Below are positions 23,787 through 37,400 of a stretch of 64,000 nucleotides of DNA, in pieces. The DNA is from Octopus vulgaris (Eukaryota): positions 131,750,001 through 131,814,000 of the forward strand of contig OX597818.1 in NCBI GenBank assembly GCA_951406725.2. The letters run 5' to 3'. The notes under the pieces are model-generated. The model did no database searches. It worked only from the letters and a program-made list of their open reading frames with translations, and was not told the DNA's origin. Within the stretch, counting starts at the first letter, position 1. Every line of letters begins with the position of its first letter. Made by a program: the position numbers and the translations under genes.

Positions 23787-24587
23787 TTATTTTCGTGTGT
23801 GTGTGTGTGTGTGTAATTGGTACCTTTACTAGCAATACTATTTTGTACCTAGAAAACATAAAGACCGATACAGTCAAAATTTTAAATGATGGAACAAAAA
23901 CAGCAAAGAATAAAAGAACTGAAATTCAAAGAAGCGATGATAGAATCCCCACCACCACCACCACTAACACCACCACACTCTCTCTCTCTTTTCTGGTACA
24001 GAGATGAAAATTTCATTTTACCAGTATATTTTCATGCCTATTTCTAAGCCAATCAAGAGTGCTTTTAAAAGAAACACATTATGAAATTAAACAATAAGTT
24101 AAGAACTCTAATTAAAGCAATCAGTAACAATGGTTGAATATTAGAAACAGAAAGAAAATATCTAGCCTTACAATATATATAAATAAGATATTTGCTGCTG
24201 TTCATACAGAGATGAAAGAAAAATGTATGTTTTTTAAATGAATTAATTCATTTAATTCATAATAAAAGATTAAAAGGGTAAAAACAGAATTTGTAACACT
24301 TCTTAGATTTGAAGCAATAAGGGAGTAAAAGAGATTTAGGCCATGCATATGTGAGCTTGAGGCACAGAGGCTGAATGGGTAAGACATAAAATTACTTGCT
24401 CATGTGCATTGATTTCCTTGGTGTTGGTGCTTCAATGTGATACTGGGAAGAATACAGGTATATTCTATTATGCCACAATTCACCTAGTTAAAAGCAGGCA
24501 CGAGATTTTAGAGGAAAGGATCTACATTGGTATATATTTTTGATTACATAAAGACAAGAAATTGGATTTATCATATAAATACTTTGG

Positions 24588-24900
24588 AATCTGGGTTCAG
24601 TCTCACTTGAGTAAATGTCTTCTGCTATAGCCTTGTGAGTGGATTTGGTAAATGGAAACTGAAAGAAGCTCACCGTGTGTGTGTGTGCATGCGCACATGT
24701 GTGTATGTATGTATTTGTATCTGTTTATCCACCACCCTCGCTGCCTCACAGCCAGTGTTAGTGTGTTTACATCCCCGTAACTTAGTGATTTGGCTTTAAA
24801 AAAATTAGGTAATGGGGTCAATTTGCATGACTAAAATTCTTCAAAGTGGTCCCCCAGTATGGCCACAGTCTAATGATTGAAACAAGTAAAAGATAAAAGA
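24588..24900 (+). mobile_element. SINE S1, older deleted copy
   Basis: Partial head, (TG)n, tail ggccacagtctaatgattgaaacaagtaaaagataaaaga. Confidence 0.82.
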
Positions 24901-25194
24901 TATATGTTTACACACACACACACAAAATATGGAATTACAGAACCATTTCAACTAAGATTACCAATTAGTGTTGGGGAAAAACTAAATTCCAGCCTATGCT
25001 AGAAGGGTTGGTAGGAAAAGGAGAGCCATATTCTCTTATCAGCCCTTCTAACAAGCACTGGATAGGATTTTTCTAAACCTCCTTTGAGTAAAACTGATTG
25101 GTAAAATCAGCTGAAATCTATAACAATGCATTGTATAAATATTGATATATCTATTAATTTTACAAATATACTAGTGCTTGTTTTCTCTCAAACA

Positions 25195-25760
25195 TGGAAT
25201 CATATCGAATCATATCGAATCATATCGAATCATATCGAATCATATCGAATCAAATCGAACCAAATCAAAATAGATGAACATCAATGGAATTTGTATCCTT
25301 GTGGTACCAGTGCCGGTGGCACATAAGAAAACCATCCGAACGTGACCGTAGCCAGTACCGCAATGACTGGCCTCCGTGCTGAGGGCACGTAACAAACACC
25401 ATCCGAGCGTGGCCGTCCGCCAGCCTCGTCTGGCACCTGTGTCGGTGACACATAAGAAAACACCATCCGAGCGTGGCCGTCTGCCAGCCTCGTCTGGCAC
25501 CTGTGTCGGTGGCACATAAAAAACACCATCCGAGCGTGGCCGTCTGCCAGCCTCGTCTGGCACCTGTGTCGGTGGCACATAAAATCACCCACTACACTCT
25601 CGGAGTGGTTGGCGTTAGGAAGGGCATCCAGCTGTAGAAACACTGCCACATCTGACTGGCCTGGTGCAGCCTTCGGGCTTCCCAGACCCCAGTTGAACCG
25701 TCCAACCCATGCTAGCATGGAAAGCGGACGTTAAACGATGATGATGATGATGATGATGAT
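25195..25760 (+). mobile_element. RTE-tail element with a 5' (catatcgaat)n run and internal 63-66-bp tandem repeats
   Basis: Units start at about 25331, 25397, 25461 and 25524; tail ends ggacgttaaacgatgatgatg. Confidence 0.88.
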
Positions 25761-25959
25761 GGACTCTTATACAGAAGATAGGAAGATAGATAGGTAGACA
25801 ATCATACAGTCTCAGGTCTCTTCTGTGTGCATATGCATACATACTTGTTAGGTGTATTTTTACAGCTGGTGATTAAATAAGTGGGTATCACCCAGCCATG
25901 GAAATGGTCAATGATTCCTATTGCAACACTAGAACTGTTATGTGCCCCTAGAAAAAGCA

Positions 25960-26225
25960 CTTAGTTAGTTAATTTGGCTCAAAAGCAAATAGCAAGGCCA
26001 TGTAGGGGGACATGGAGTTAAGTACAGGATGGTGTTCATGTAAAGAGTTCTGGCCACTTGAGGTCAAGGGAGGCTTTGAACAAAGCGGTCGTCGGCATCT
26101 TCACCATCTCGTCTGGCAGCTTGTTCCACGGATCTGCAACCCGGACGGAGAAAGCTCCTCTCCTTCGATTGAGATGAAATCGTCGCAGGTAGAGCTTTTC
26201 GGAATGACCCCGCACATTCAAATGA
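25960..26225 (-). mobile_element. CR1 LINE 3' end (5'-truncated)
   Basis: RGHSEKL...FSVRVADPWNKLP...FKASLD is the typical CR1 ORF2 C-terminus; (taac)n tail. Confidence 0.88.
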
Positions 26226-27322
26226 TCCAGTTTACTCTACAATAAAGCCTTTAGCTATGAAGTCTTGTCTGTTCCCTTGCAGTACTAAGTAAGGCTGCTC
26301 ATACGTCTGAATCCAAGAACAGAAAATCATTGCAGAGATCATCATTACTATAAAAATATGCAGTCCTCAGTAATGTTCCACAGTTATGAGGATCATAGTT
26401 TATCTATTTTAATGTCCCAAAATTGTGAACTGTAAAGCTTGAAACTACAGGAATGCTTTGAACCTTGTATGATTAGATATCAAATTTGAGACTCTACAAT
26501 AGGGATACATGCATGAAAGTTTTAAAGGCGACAAATTTAAATAAACATAACAAAACAAATTGAAGTTATTTTCATCGTTATTCAATAATCAGTTTTCTGT
26601 AGTACATGAAACAAAGCTTAACCTAGTAACAATAACATGTTGACAATAATTTATAAACAACTTGTGAAAATATAGTAAATTAATTGTTTTATACTTGTGC
26701 TAATGACTAAGGATGTTATCTAATGGTTTGCTAGTGCTGTTTCCATTCCAACAATGTTCACAGCAAAAGCCTAATAAATAATAAAAGAGAATAAAATTAT
26801 TTTCAATCAAAATACTTCACTTTCAGATGGAAATATATCTAATAAGGCCACAGGTAATTCTATTATCTGTATGTTTTAGTTACTTTATTTAACATAATGT
26901 CAATAAACAGAATTATTCAATAATTAGAAACTAAAAGTAAGTTCTCTGTAAGAATTTCAGTTGAAAAGACAAAAAGAGAACTTGAAAAAGGAAGTGAAGA
27001 TGATGACCCACTCCAAAGAATATCCATAAAATTACATGTTGAACAAAACAACAAGAAAAGTGAGATCACAAATGTAAATATGTATATAGATTGTATATTG
27101 TCCTTCTCTAAATAAAGACACAAGGTGTGTATGTATGTTCAAATATGCAACCAAAAATAAATGTACACATGATATACATTGCCTTGAATATGTATATTGA
27201 GTACTTAAATGTTTTTACAAGTAAAAATCATAAAACATCTATCCTGTGCATGCGTACATGATTCTGCGTGCATTTACACATATACACTCCCCCAACACAC
27301 ACACATTTGCATTACACGTAAG

Positions 27323-27690
27323 ATATATATACATACATATATATACATATATATATACATACATATATATACATATATATATACATACATATATATATAT
27401 ATACATATATATATACATGCATACACACATATATATATATATATATACATGCATACACATATATATATACATACATATAAATATACATACATATATATAT
27501 ATACATACATATATACATGCATACATATACATACATGCATACACATATATATACATACATATATATATATATACATACATACATACATACATACATACAT
27601 ACACACACATACATACATATTGCAAACATGTAATATATATATATATGAATATGTGTAAATAACACACATGTACATACATACACAAATCTA

Positions 27691-27754
<64 letters not shown>

Positions 27755-27756
27755 AG
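27323..27756. repeat. Compound (TA)n/(TACA)n/(GA)n microsatellite
   Basis: Direct periodicity. Confidence 0.95.
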
Positions 27757-29274
27757 AAGTTTCATTTCTAATTAAAATGCTACTCAAAAGGAAACAGCTT
27801 CTTACATCTGAATTCTAGTTGAAACATTTCGGCTGCTACATAGACAACACAATGTACTCTGTACTAATCGCACTACTGGCAAGACAACCAGCAACAACTT
27901 TAATATAGATGCAGTATTATGTCTTGTTCAGGCCTGATGCTGTTATTTCTATTTCCTAAGCCAGGTCTCATCATCAGTTTTCCATAAAATTATGCCACTT
28001 TTTTTCTTGCTCCCTAAAGGTTAAACAAGTAAACAATATTTAACATAAGATTTATTGATTATTAACTTTGTTTTTTCTTATTTCTTTACTATTTCTTTTT
28101 TTTTCAAATATCCTCGATTTGCAGCAACATCATCAATGTTCAACAATTTTCCTATTCAAACAACATACCCTGATGGAGAAAGGATAAAACTGATATCTTT
28201 ATTTGATTCTACTGTGTTACTCTGACGAAGCTTTCTTATTTAAAAGTAAAAAAAAAAAAAATTTTAAAAAAGAAGCTAAAGAAAAATAAATAATTTTATG
28301 TTCAATTTTATCACAGTTACAACAAGTACATGCACTTCTGAGGATTCTATTTACATGGTCTGACTGAGTTCTTTATTTTGTCATTTTGTCATTTCAAAAA
28401 AAAAAAAAAAAAAATTTTTTTTTTTTAACATTACATTGAATTACAATTTCAAAAAGTGTATGACAAAAATTTGAAACTTCCTTTTCTTTGCCAATGATTG
28501 CAGATAATGATTTTACTTTTCACACAGATGTCATAACACAAAGAAGACATAAGGTAAAGCTGGGATGAGCTAGAATGCTGAATCTGAAATCCTAAATAAT
28601 CCATTAGGAGTCAAATCCTAACAACAAATGTCATTCCAAAAGGATAAAAAGAGAAACATTGTTCACAATCACCAGTTCTACAAACAAAATTACATTGTTG
28701 CTATAAAAAAAACATAAGAAACTAATTTACAGTCTGGTTAATTATGCATTAGGAACATAAACCCAACTTATACCACCATCCTACTATCAAAAGAAGCATA
28801 TGATATCTATTGAACTAGACTCTTAAGCTTGGCATTAGTTAAAGATACTTCTAATTTTTCTGAGATAAAAACAAAACACAATGAGTACAAGGTTTATCAT
28901 AAAGTATCTAAGTTTTATTAGATTTGTTGTGAAAACAGTGACATGTAGATTATACTTCTTATATGGTTACAGTAGAAATAACACGCAACTCTAAAATCAC
29001 TTGCTTTAACAATGTAGAAAACTTCATATTTGCAAAGACCATTCTTATTTACACTGTTACAAAAGAAAAAGAAAAAAAATTGAAAATGGAAACTAATACA
29101 AAGAGAAAATACTCATAGCAAAATGGAAACCAAACAACTTAAGGAGAGCAAATTGTGTTAATTATGTAAACTGACAATGGTGCTGAAGTAGAATTTGGAA
29201 AATAAACTGATTGAATAAGAAAGCTACCAGTTATCTATGTGATAAATGTTAAAGAAAGAATAACAAGAGTATAG

Positions 29275-29655
29275 ATGCAGGCATGGCCGTGTGGTGAGAA
29301 GACCATGTGATCTTGGGTTCAGTCCCACTGCAAGATACTTTGGGCAAATGTCTTCCTCTATAGTCCTGGGCCAACCAAAAACTAGTGAGTGGATTTGATA
29401 GATAGAAAGTCAAAGCCCATCATGTGTGTGTGTGTGTGGGAGAGAGAGAATACCTTTCTGTCTGATGCCAACCACTGATTGACAACCAGTGTTGGTTTGT
29501 TTACATTACAATAACATACTTCAACAAAAAGGGACTGATGGAATAAGTACCAGGCTTTAAAATAAGCATTGACATTGATTTGTTCAATTAGTGCTTTGGA
29601 CTGGTGTCCCACCATGGCTGCAGCTCAAGGACTGGATCAAGTAAAAGATAAAAGA
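29275..29655 (+). mobile_element. SINE S1, older copy
   Basis: Degenerate head, body and tail (caagtaaaagataaaaga). Confidence 0.82.
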
Positions 29656-29714
29656 GAAGGGCAATTTTTCAGTGACAAGAGAGAGAACTGTAAAATTATT
29701 TTGTGATAATAATA

Positions 29715-29815
29715 GTGCATAACTTAGTGGCTGGGGGTATTGGGCTTACAATCATAAGGTTGTGGGTTTGAGTTCTGAACTGGACGGCATGTTATGTCCT
29801 TGAGCAAAGCACCAG
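29715..29815 (+). mobile_element. Decayed tRNA-derived SINE head
   Basis: taacttagtgg (A box), ggtttgagttc (B box), gtccttgagcaaagcac. Confidence 0.55.
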
Positions 29816-32800
29816 CTGAATGCTGGTGTAGCTTTCTCTGCTTACAACTGTCACATCCTCAATGTTAAAGTAAGTCAAGAGTAGGAAAAGTAGTGAAGGT
29901 GTTCAAGTCTGCTCAAGATGACATAGATTTCTAAAACAATTAGTGAAGGCATGGTACATGTTACTATGTCATACTCATTTGCAAATGATAGCTATGTTCT
30001 ATTCTTTAATGATGAAGACACTTAAAACTGCAATAAATTCTTTTAAAGATATTTATAATATTACCTATTGAGTAGAGATGGTGAAAATAATAGAGCAAAA
30101 TAATCAAATACTGGACTAAATTCTTTTCAATATTTTGTACATTCTGAATTCAATTGTCATCAAGGATGATATCACTTGTCATTTTCTAATATTGTGAAAA
30201 TGAATGCTAGTAATAAGTTGAAATTATTTCAATTAACAAAATCCTCTACAGCAAAAATAAGCATCATAGTTGCTTAAAAAAATACAAATATTATCTATTA
30301 ATTGAAAAAAAGAAACAGAGACTTAGTAGTCCAGTTGAATGAATATCAAACTGAACATATTAAAGTTATGGATTGGCATCTTATCAGAAACCTGTGGTCT
30401 CCACTCAATCTTACTGAATAGGTATGGATAGTAAATTATGACAAGTTTTCAAGTTATTCAGAAATACATGAAATTCTCAATTATGACTCCCTGTCAATGC
30501 AACATAATATGAGCTTTCAAGTTTCATTTAGCTATTGCTAATTGCTTTATTAATGAAGCTTTATCAAATAAAGGCAGATAGATATAGTTAAGAATATATA
30601 GCATTTTAGGGCTATTTAATTTTATTTGGAAATTTTGAAAATAAAGAAAGCTATTCAAAATGCTGAAGCCTTTCTCATTTCATTAAATTCTGTTAGGGTC
30701 CTTGGGATAATTATGAAAGAAAATAGACTTCCCATATATGCATTCTTTACTATATATTTCAAAATATAGCTACATATAAAAACAGTCATCTATGGATTTC
30801 CATAATGACCATAATGAACTTATTCACTTTCAAATTTTAAGTTGAACTCTAATCATGGCCACGCTATTGTGAAATGATTTATGCTTTACAGTTTAGACAA
30901 TAATGTAAACATTTCTGGAGAATTATTTGCACTGTTTAGATACTCTTTCTAATGCTAACAATAGTCCATACTTTTTCAACAGCTGTATTTCCTCTTTAGG
31001 ACAGGAAATAATTCTACTACAACTGGCTAATAACTGATTTACTAACTAAAAAATATGCCTTGCCTTGCACCATCAACTCTTGATGGAGTCATAGGGATAC
31101 TATAAAATACAGTGAATATCAATATTGGGCGTTTTAGCCTATCTCTCACCAGGTGAAGGATAAGCTAAAGTCTGTTTTCCCGAAAGAGAGAGATAATTGA
31201 ACCCCAAGACTGGTACTTTATATATTGACTCCCACAAGGATCCAGAATGAACACTGCAAAGCAATTTATCCAGAGCTTTAATAAATTTACCACTTCACAA
31301 CTTTATAAATATGTTACATCTATATATCAGATGGTGCACCTAAATTGGAACATTGCAGACTGCACTGAAGAAATTTTTCCACCTCACATAAAAAATAAGT
31401 TACTCCTTGATATATAAAAAAACCTACAGGTACACTACCAAGTTATCTTTTTTTTTCTATTTACCTTGCCTTTATTCCAGTGGTTTCTCGGCCCCTAATA
31501 TCACTGACTGTATGCTATACATAATCCAATTTACTTTAAGAATTTGTCTCTTCTACTCATTTCACTTCTATTGTGCACCACTTCCCAAACTCCATAATAA
31601 ATAATCTGCCCAATTTTTTTAATTCAAAACATCAGCCCTTTTTTTACTGACCTTCTTCTTAAATCAATTGATAATGAATACTAATTATGCTAACTACACT
31701 GGTTGTCACTCTCTCAATTGAGAAGCTATAGTAATGTAAATGTCACAAATAACCTCAAGATATAGCTTTGAAAATTGCACTTTATTTTCATTTACAGCAC
31801 CCAAAATATTATCAAAATTTATGAAATAAAAGTGGATTCAGTATTTTGAATGTGTTCTGATATTTTCTTAAAATCCTTGGCTCTGATTTCATAGTTTTAA
31901 GTAGATAAGAGGTAAATATTTCCCTGGACAGAATGATAATATAATTTACCATAGGAAACTAGATGCACTGTAGAATTCAAAATTAAGTATATTGCCGAAA
32001 TACATGCTAAAATATCAGCTAAAAACTTAAAATTATGAGCTGGTAGTAGTTCAATACAAATCATATTCCTGAAAAGTTCTAACTAAAATATCATGGATAT
32101 AGCACTTCTAGTTAAGTCTCACGAATAATTTAAACCAAGCAAAAATTTAAGGAAATGATCTCGCAATCCCAAAACTAAGTATTTTAATTAAAACATGAGA
32201 TTATTTTCAAACTTCTGAAATTGTTTAGACATGCACAATTCCTTATACTAAAAGGATAATTAATGCATATAGATAACCAAATATTTGTATTAAAAAAAAT
32301 ATTTGCAAATGCCCACCAGACTAAATGTTAAGAACTGTTTGAAAATTAACTTCTGTCACACTGAAGAAGAAAAATAGAAAGAAAAATGCTATTAAAAATA
32401 TGTGACAAACAAACAATTTGGACAACATAATTAGTGAACTTCGTCTTAATCTTTGAAGTGAATTCAGAAGAATAAGAAATAAAATTGATCACACTTTGTA
32501 GTTAATTATTTTGCCTTTCAAGAACTGCAAGTACGTACAAAGGAAGAAAAAAAAACACAACTTGTATACAGCTGCTTAGCATGTGAAACTGACGGTTAAT
32601 CCTGTTTGTAAGTTGAACAATTTAAAACAAGTGGATGAATTATTGGCCACTTGATTTTAATAGCCCTACAGGAAGTAATTGTTAAATTACATTTCCATGC
32701 TACTCTAAAGTTTCTCAGAAAGTGACCTGTGTTAAACTTAAATGGATATTCACAAGATGAATATGAAAAACTTGCTTTTAGTATATGACAAACCTTTTCT

Positions 32801-34243
32801 TATTTTTGCCTTAGAATTGATAATTCCTATATTAATCTTTTTCTATTAGTTTAGAAACAGACACAAATCAAAGACAGCTCTTTAAATAATATGATCTGAA
32901 ATTTATTATTGCCTACATATTATTATTACTCCAATATACCTCTATATTACTGATACACCAATATCATGTAAACCAACACTCTGAAAACTTAAGAAGAGAG
33001 CGGGATAACCAAAAGTGTAATCAACTTTGTACTTCCACTTTAATCTAATACACGAAAAAATGTTAGTGAAATTTAAGGAAATGATCTAACCATTAACAAT
33101 TATTTTAATTAGAATGTGAGATTTTTTCAATTTAAAACTTCAGAAATTGTTCAGATAAGCACATTGAAAAAAAGACTGCAGATTTGCAGTTCTATAGAGT
33201 CTGAAGGAAAATAGGAAGGAAATTCACATCAATTTTACTATTTCAATCAAACACAAAATTACTAACATTCAAAAGAAAACATCAAGCAAAATTTTATACA
33301 AACCAACACACTTGAGATATTCTTAAATAACATTTTCTAACAACTTTAATCGGCAACATTAGCACCAATATCCAAGGAATGGGAGAGGAAAAAAAACTAG
33401 ACAAAAATTGAAGCCACTTTGTATCCATAAAAATCTGGTCAGTGTTTTCAAAACCACACTCAACACCTTTCTTAGCAAACATTGAGAAAATAGAAAATAG
33501 AAAAGTATGAACGTACCTATAAAAACCCTGATGAATAATATACTAAACCTTTTCTTAAAATTGTAAAATAATATAAAGTCCACCAAATAGAAAAAATAAA
33601 ATCTTCATGTTAAACTAGAAAGCTATGAATGACAAAACTGTAATGTTAGATCTGACTGAGATAAAGTTGAAAGAATGCAACCGAGGAACAATGTGAGGAT
33701 ACACACAACAACAACGCATGTGTTTCAAGAAAAACAGTAGCTGAAGGCAAATAATTCCATGTTGCAAAGTGTAAAACAAACTGAAGGGAAACCTGCATTA
33801 CCGGTATTAATGAACAAAACAGAACCATCAGAAAATGGAAAACATTGAAATCGAATCATTAAGAGAACAAAAGACTTCTATCAACAACTGTATTCTAGTA
33901 AAGAAACTCAAAGAATAATATAAAATATAAAGCAATGTTCAAGAGATATTGACATTTCATCTTAAGCTAAAAGTGTGTTATCAAAAAATATCATCTTAAA
34001 ATTCTTTAAAAATGCAGTTGACATTGCTTTAGTAATGAACAAAGTTCTATCCCATACAGATAGCAGTATGTATACAAACTAAATACAAAGAGATGACAAA
34101 TCATATCTATCCAATTAAGTCCTGATCATTTTACAAAACATAACATGTAAGTATTCGTTAATGCAGGTCATGTCAGACAGTATAACCAAGCAGGTAAGAG
34201 TAGTAAATGAAACTGCATTGGCCACATCAATAAAGGATTCAAC

Positions 34244-34460
34244 TGAACAACCTGCTCATTGAATTGCAAACATGTGAGTGGCTGGGTATTCCACAGATAC
34301 ATGTATACCTAACATGATTCTCAAGTGGAATCAATGTGGCACAAGGTGTCTAGGCTGTACTTTTGAATTACAAGTACAATCCATCTGACAAGACCCTCTG
34401 CATAGTTTCTGTTAATCTAATTTCAGTCACAAGGCTTGGATTGATCCAAGGCAATGGTAT
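34244..34460 (-). mobile_element. Old chimeric SINE (S1 head segment plus S2 3' body)
   Basis: 34244-34380 aligns with 19328-19462; 34395-34458 aligns with 18650-18712. Confidence 0.6.
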
Positions 34461-37400
34461 TGGTTAAAATGCAGTGGAATAACAACACAATGAAATATCA
34501 GGTTTTATATAAATAAATAAAGGGATATGTACTGCCATGTGTAAAAAAGTATTTTTTATTTAACTGAAATTTTCCTTTTAGTGAAGGTAAAGAAAATAAA
34601 GTTCAAAAGCATTTGTAAGAGGCTCCTTTAAAAGAGAGGAGACAGTTTTAAGAAACTAAGAACGAATCTCTTGATGTTGATTTTCATGCTTAGGTAAAAA
34701 GTCTGATTTTTGAAGACTAAACTATAGATGTTTCAGTCCACATCAGCATAATATGTCTGTTCAAGTCTGCTTGATCAGTTGACAAATATCTTTTTGTTTA
34801 TCTAATACACATTTCTCATGCTAGCATGGCTTTGAAGAGAGAGTTATTTTGGGAAGGTTTTAAAGCCAGATGCTTTTCCTGTTGCCAAATATTTTGATCT
34901 TATGAATAATTTTTAGCCAAAATAATTTGTATAACTAATGGTATGAATTTTGAATAAATAAAAGGGTCAGGTACTGAATGACACATGCTAAAGATCACTA
35001 ATTGAAATTTACCTTTTAGTTAGAGAAAGAAAACAAAAACCTAGTGTCAATTATTAGTAACTCTCAAATTAGAGAGGAAATAATGTCAAGAAATTAATAA
35101 ATCATTTCTCAAAGTTAATTTACATAATTAGAAAGAAGTTTAATAAACAAGTATATGCCCACTGTTGTAACTTGGCTGCAAAGAGAGTTTACTCTAAGCA
35201 TGTAAACTTAACATTTTAGGACAAGGTAGATTTTTCAAAATGTTTTACTCATGCAAGACGTGTTGGAGCAGGTCATTTTATAGCAGGTTACATTTCCTAA
35301 AAGTTTGTCATGAAGTGGAAGTCACATCTAGTTTTCTGTTAGATTGACTGAGTCAGTTGAGCAATTCTTGCAGGACCGAGTAAAGCAAGGTGGAATTAAA
35401 ATACCTCAGGTGTGAACTAATAACTTCAGGATCAACATGAATTCAAGGTCATGTTCCAAAGCATTAATTTTCAACATTGTTTCTCGTGGAAAACATGGAC
35501 TGGGTAGTCAGATCTGTTGTAGCATTTACTTTCGTTTCATATGCTTCTGTTAATTTTTTGTTTTAAATTTCATGTAGATCCCAATTCTCTATAGTTATAC
35601 CAAATGATTTTCACTTTAGCCAACTCCCTGGAAGCAACAGCAAATATTTGGTTGTAATAGCCTATTTTAAGAATTGGTTTAATTATTTTACATTTAACTG
35701 CCTTTTACCTTTTCAAGTGAATACACATTTAATTTGTGATAAACCAGCACACTACACATCCAGTAAATCAAGTACAATTCATTTTCAATAAATATTTGAT
35801 TATCTTTCTAAAACACAGAATCACAGACAAATACAATACAACTATTTCAAGAGAATTAAATATGTACCCAAAATGCTAACAGAATTAAATGAAAAAAATA
35901 AAATTAAAATATAGTACCAAAAACACTAACAGAATTTCATGAAAGCAACTTTGGATCTTAATGAAGCTTGGTCAATTAAATATTAAATAATAATCAGCAA
36001 TTTTACTTTCCCTTTTCTTTACTGCATTAAGTGAGATTAAACTCAAGAAGTGTGATTCATATGTGAGATTTTTAGCCTAATAATGACACTAATAATCATA
36101 AGATTTCTAAGGCATTATAGATAACTCATTTTTGTTTTTAAACAGTGTTAATATTGAAAATAAAAGACAAAGGAAGAAAGAAAAACCATTACATTGTTAA
36201 ATACCTTCAGATTATTTCCTTCAGATTAAATTTTAAAATTTGAATAGTCTTAAATATCATACACACACACACACACAAATTATATATGGATAACTATTTT
36301 TTAATAAAAACACATTTTCCTGAAATTGTAAATCAAACTGCTGGATTTTAGAATCAAAGAGAAAGAACAGAAAAAGTAAAATAAATAATTATCTTTTATG
36401 CTTTTAATCTAGATACCGGATTTCTTTCAATTAAAATTTCTTCCATTTTTAGTAGCCTCATTCAATCCTTCTCCTTGCAACTTTGAAATTTTAAAAGACA
36501 ACTACTATAATGAAATGCATTGAAAATTCAGTTTAATAATCAAAACAAAAAATTTTTTAATGTGAAATATTAATTTTTAAGGTATAAGGAATGATGAGGG
36601 TACAATATATTTCTTTTAGTCCTTTACAACTAACTCCTTTACTTATTTAAGCTTTATAAAATAGAACTACAATTTATGATTTGAATTAGCAGAACTATTA
36701 TTCAGTACTCCATAATTCTTTATTAGCTATTATCACTTGCAAGAAAAAAAAATCACATTTTCTTTGTATTTCTTTTGTCAGATATTTTTTATTAGCTAAT
36801 TATTTCATATAATAGTTCTCATTTTGATCATAGCTCTTTTGTATTTTGATAATGTTAAAAGTATTTTATCATGAAATTCCAACATGAAAAAAAAAATTTG
36901 ATTTTTAACTATTATCACTATTTTGACTTATGAAACAGTAATAAAATTAATTTAATCACAATTTATGAGAAGTAATGTCTCCATTTCATTGCTATCTCTG
37001 GTTACTAAATTAGAGTTTTGCTATTTGCCTATAAGTATTATTTTCGGTTGGCTGTGACCATTGTGTATTTCTTTTAATGAATTTTAAAATTTTAGCAGAA
37101 ATTACATTGCTTATTTGTTTAATATTTTACAATGAAAATAAAAATGATTGACACCAGTGTGTTTAGTTTTTTTCACAAAAGTTTTTTTTTGTTTTTATGC
37201 TTTATCTGAGTAAAATTTTTGTCAGATTGGAATCTGGCAAACAACTGAACAAAATTGCTTTAATTACGGATATAACTTTAGACAGCTGAGGCTACCTAAT
37301 ATTCTCAACATTATTCTTAGATGTATAATTTGAGAATTTCAACATTATTCTTTCTCATAATAAAAATTAAATACATTTTCACTGTTTTCCTTATCTTCTG

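Noticed and set aside
25331-25585. CRISPR-like array
   Set aside because: The units are head-to-tail with no unique spacers, in a eukaryotic retroelement context with no cas genes.
27940-27985. CTGATGA on the minus strand as a hammerhead core
   Set aside because: No compatible stem II, GAAA, stem III or stem I arrangement.
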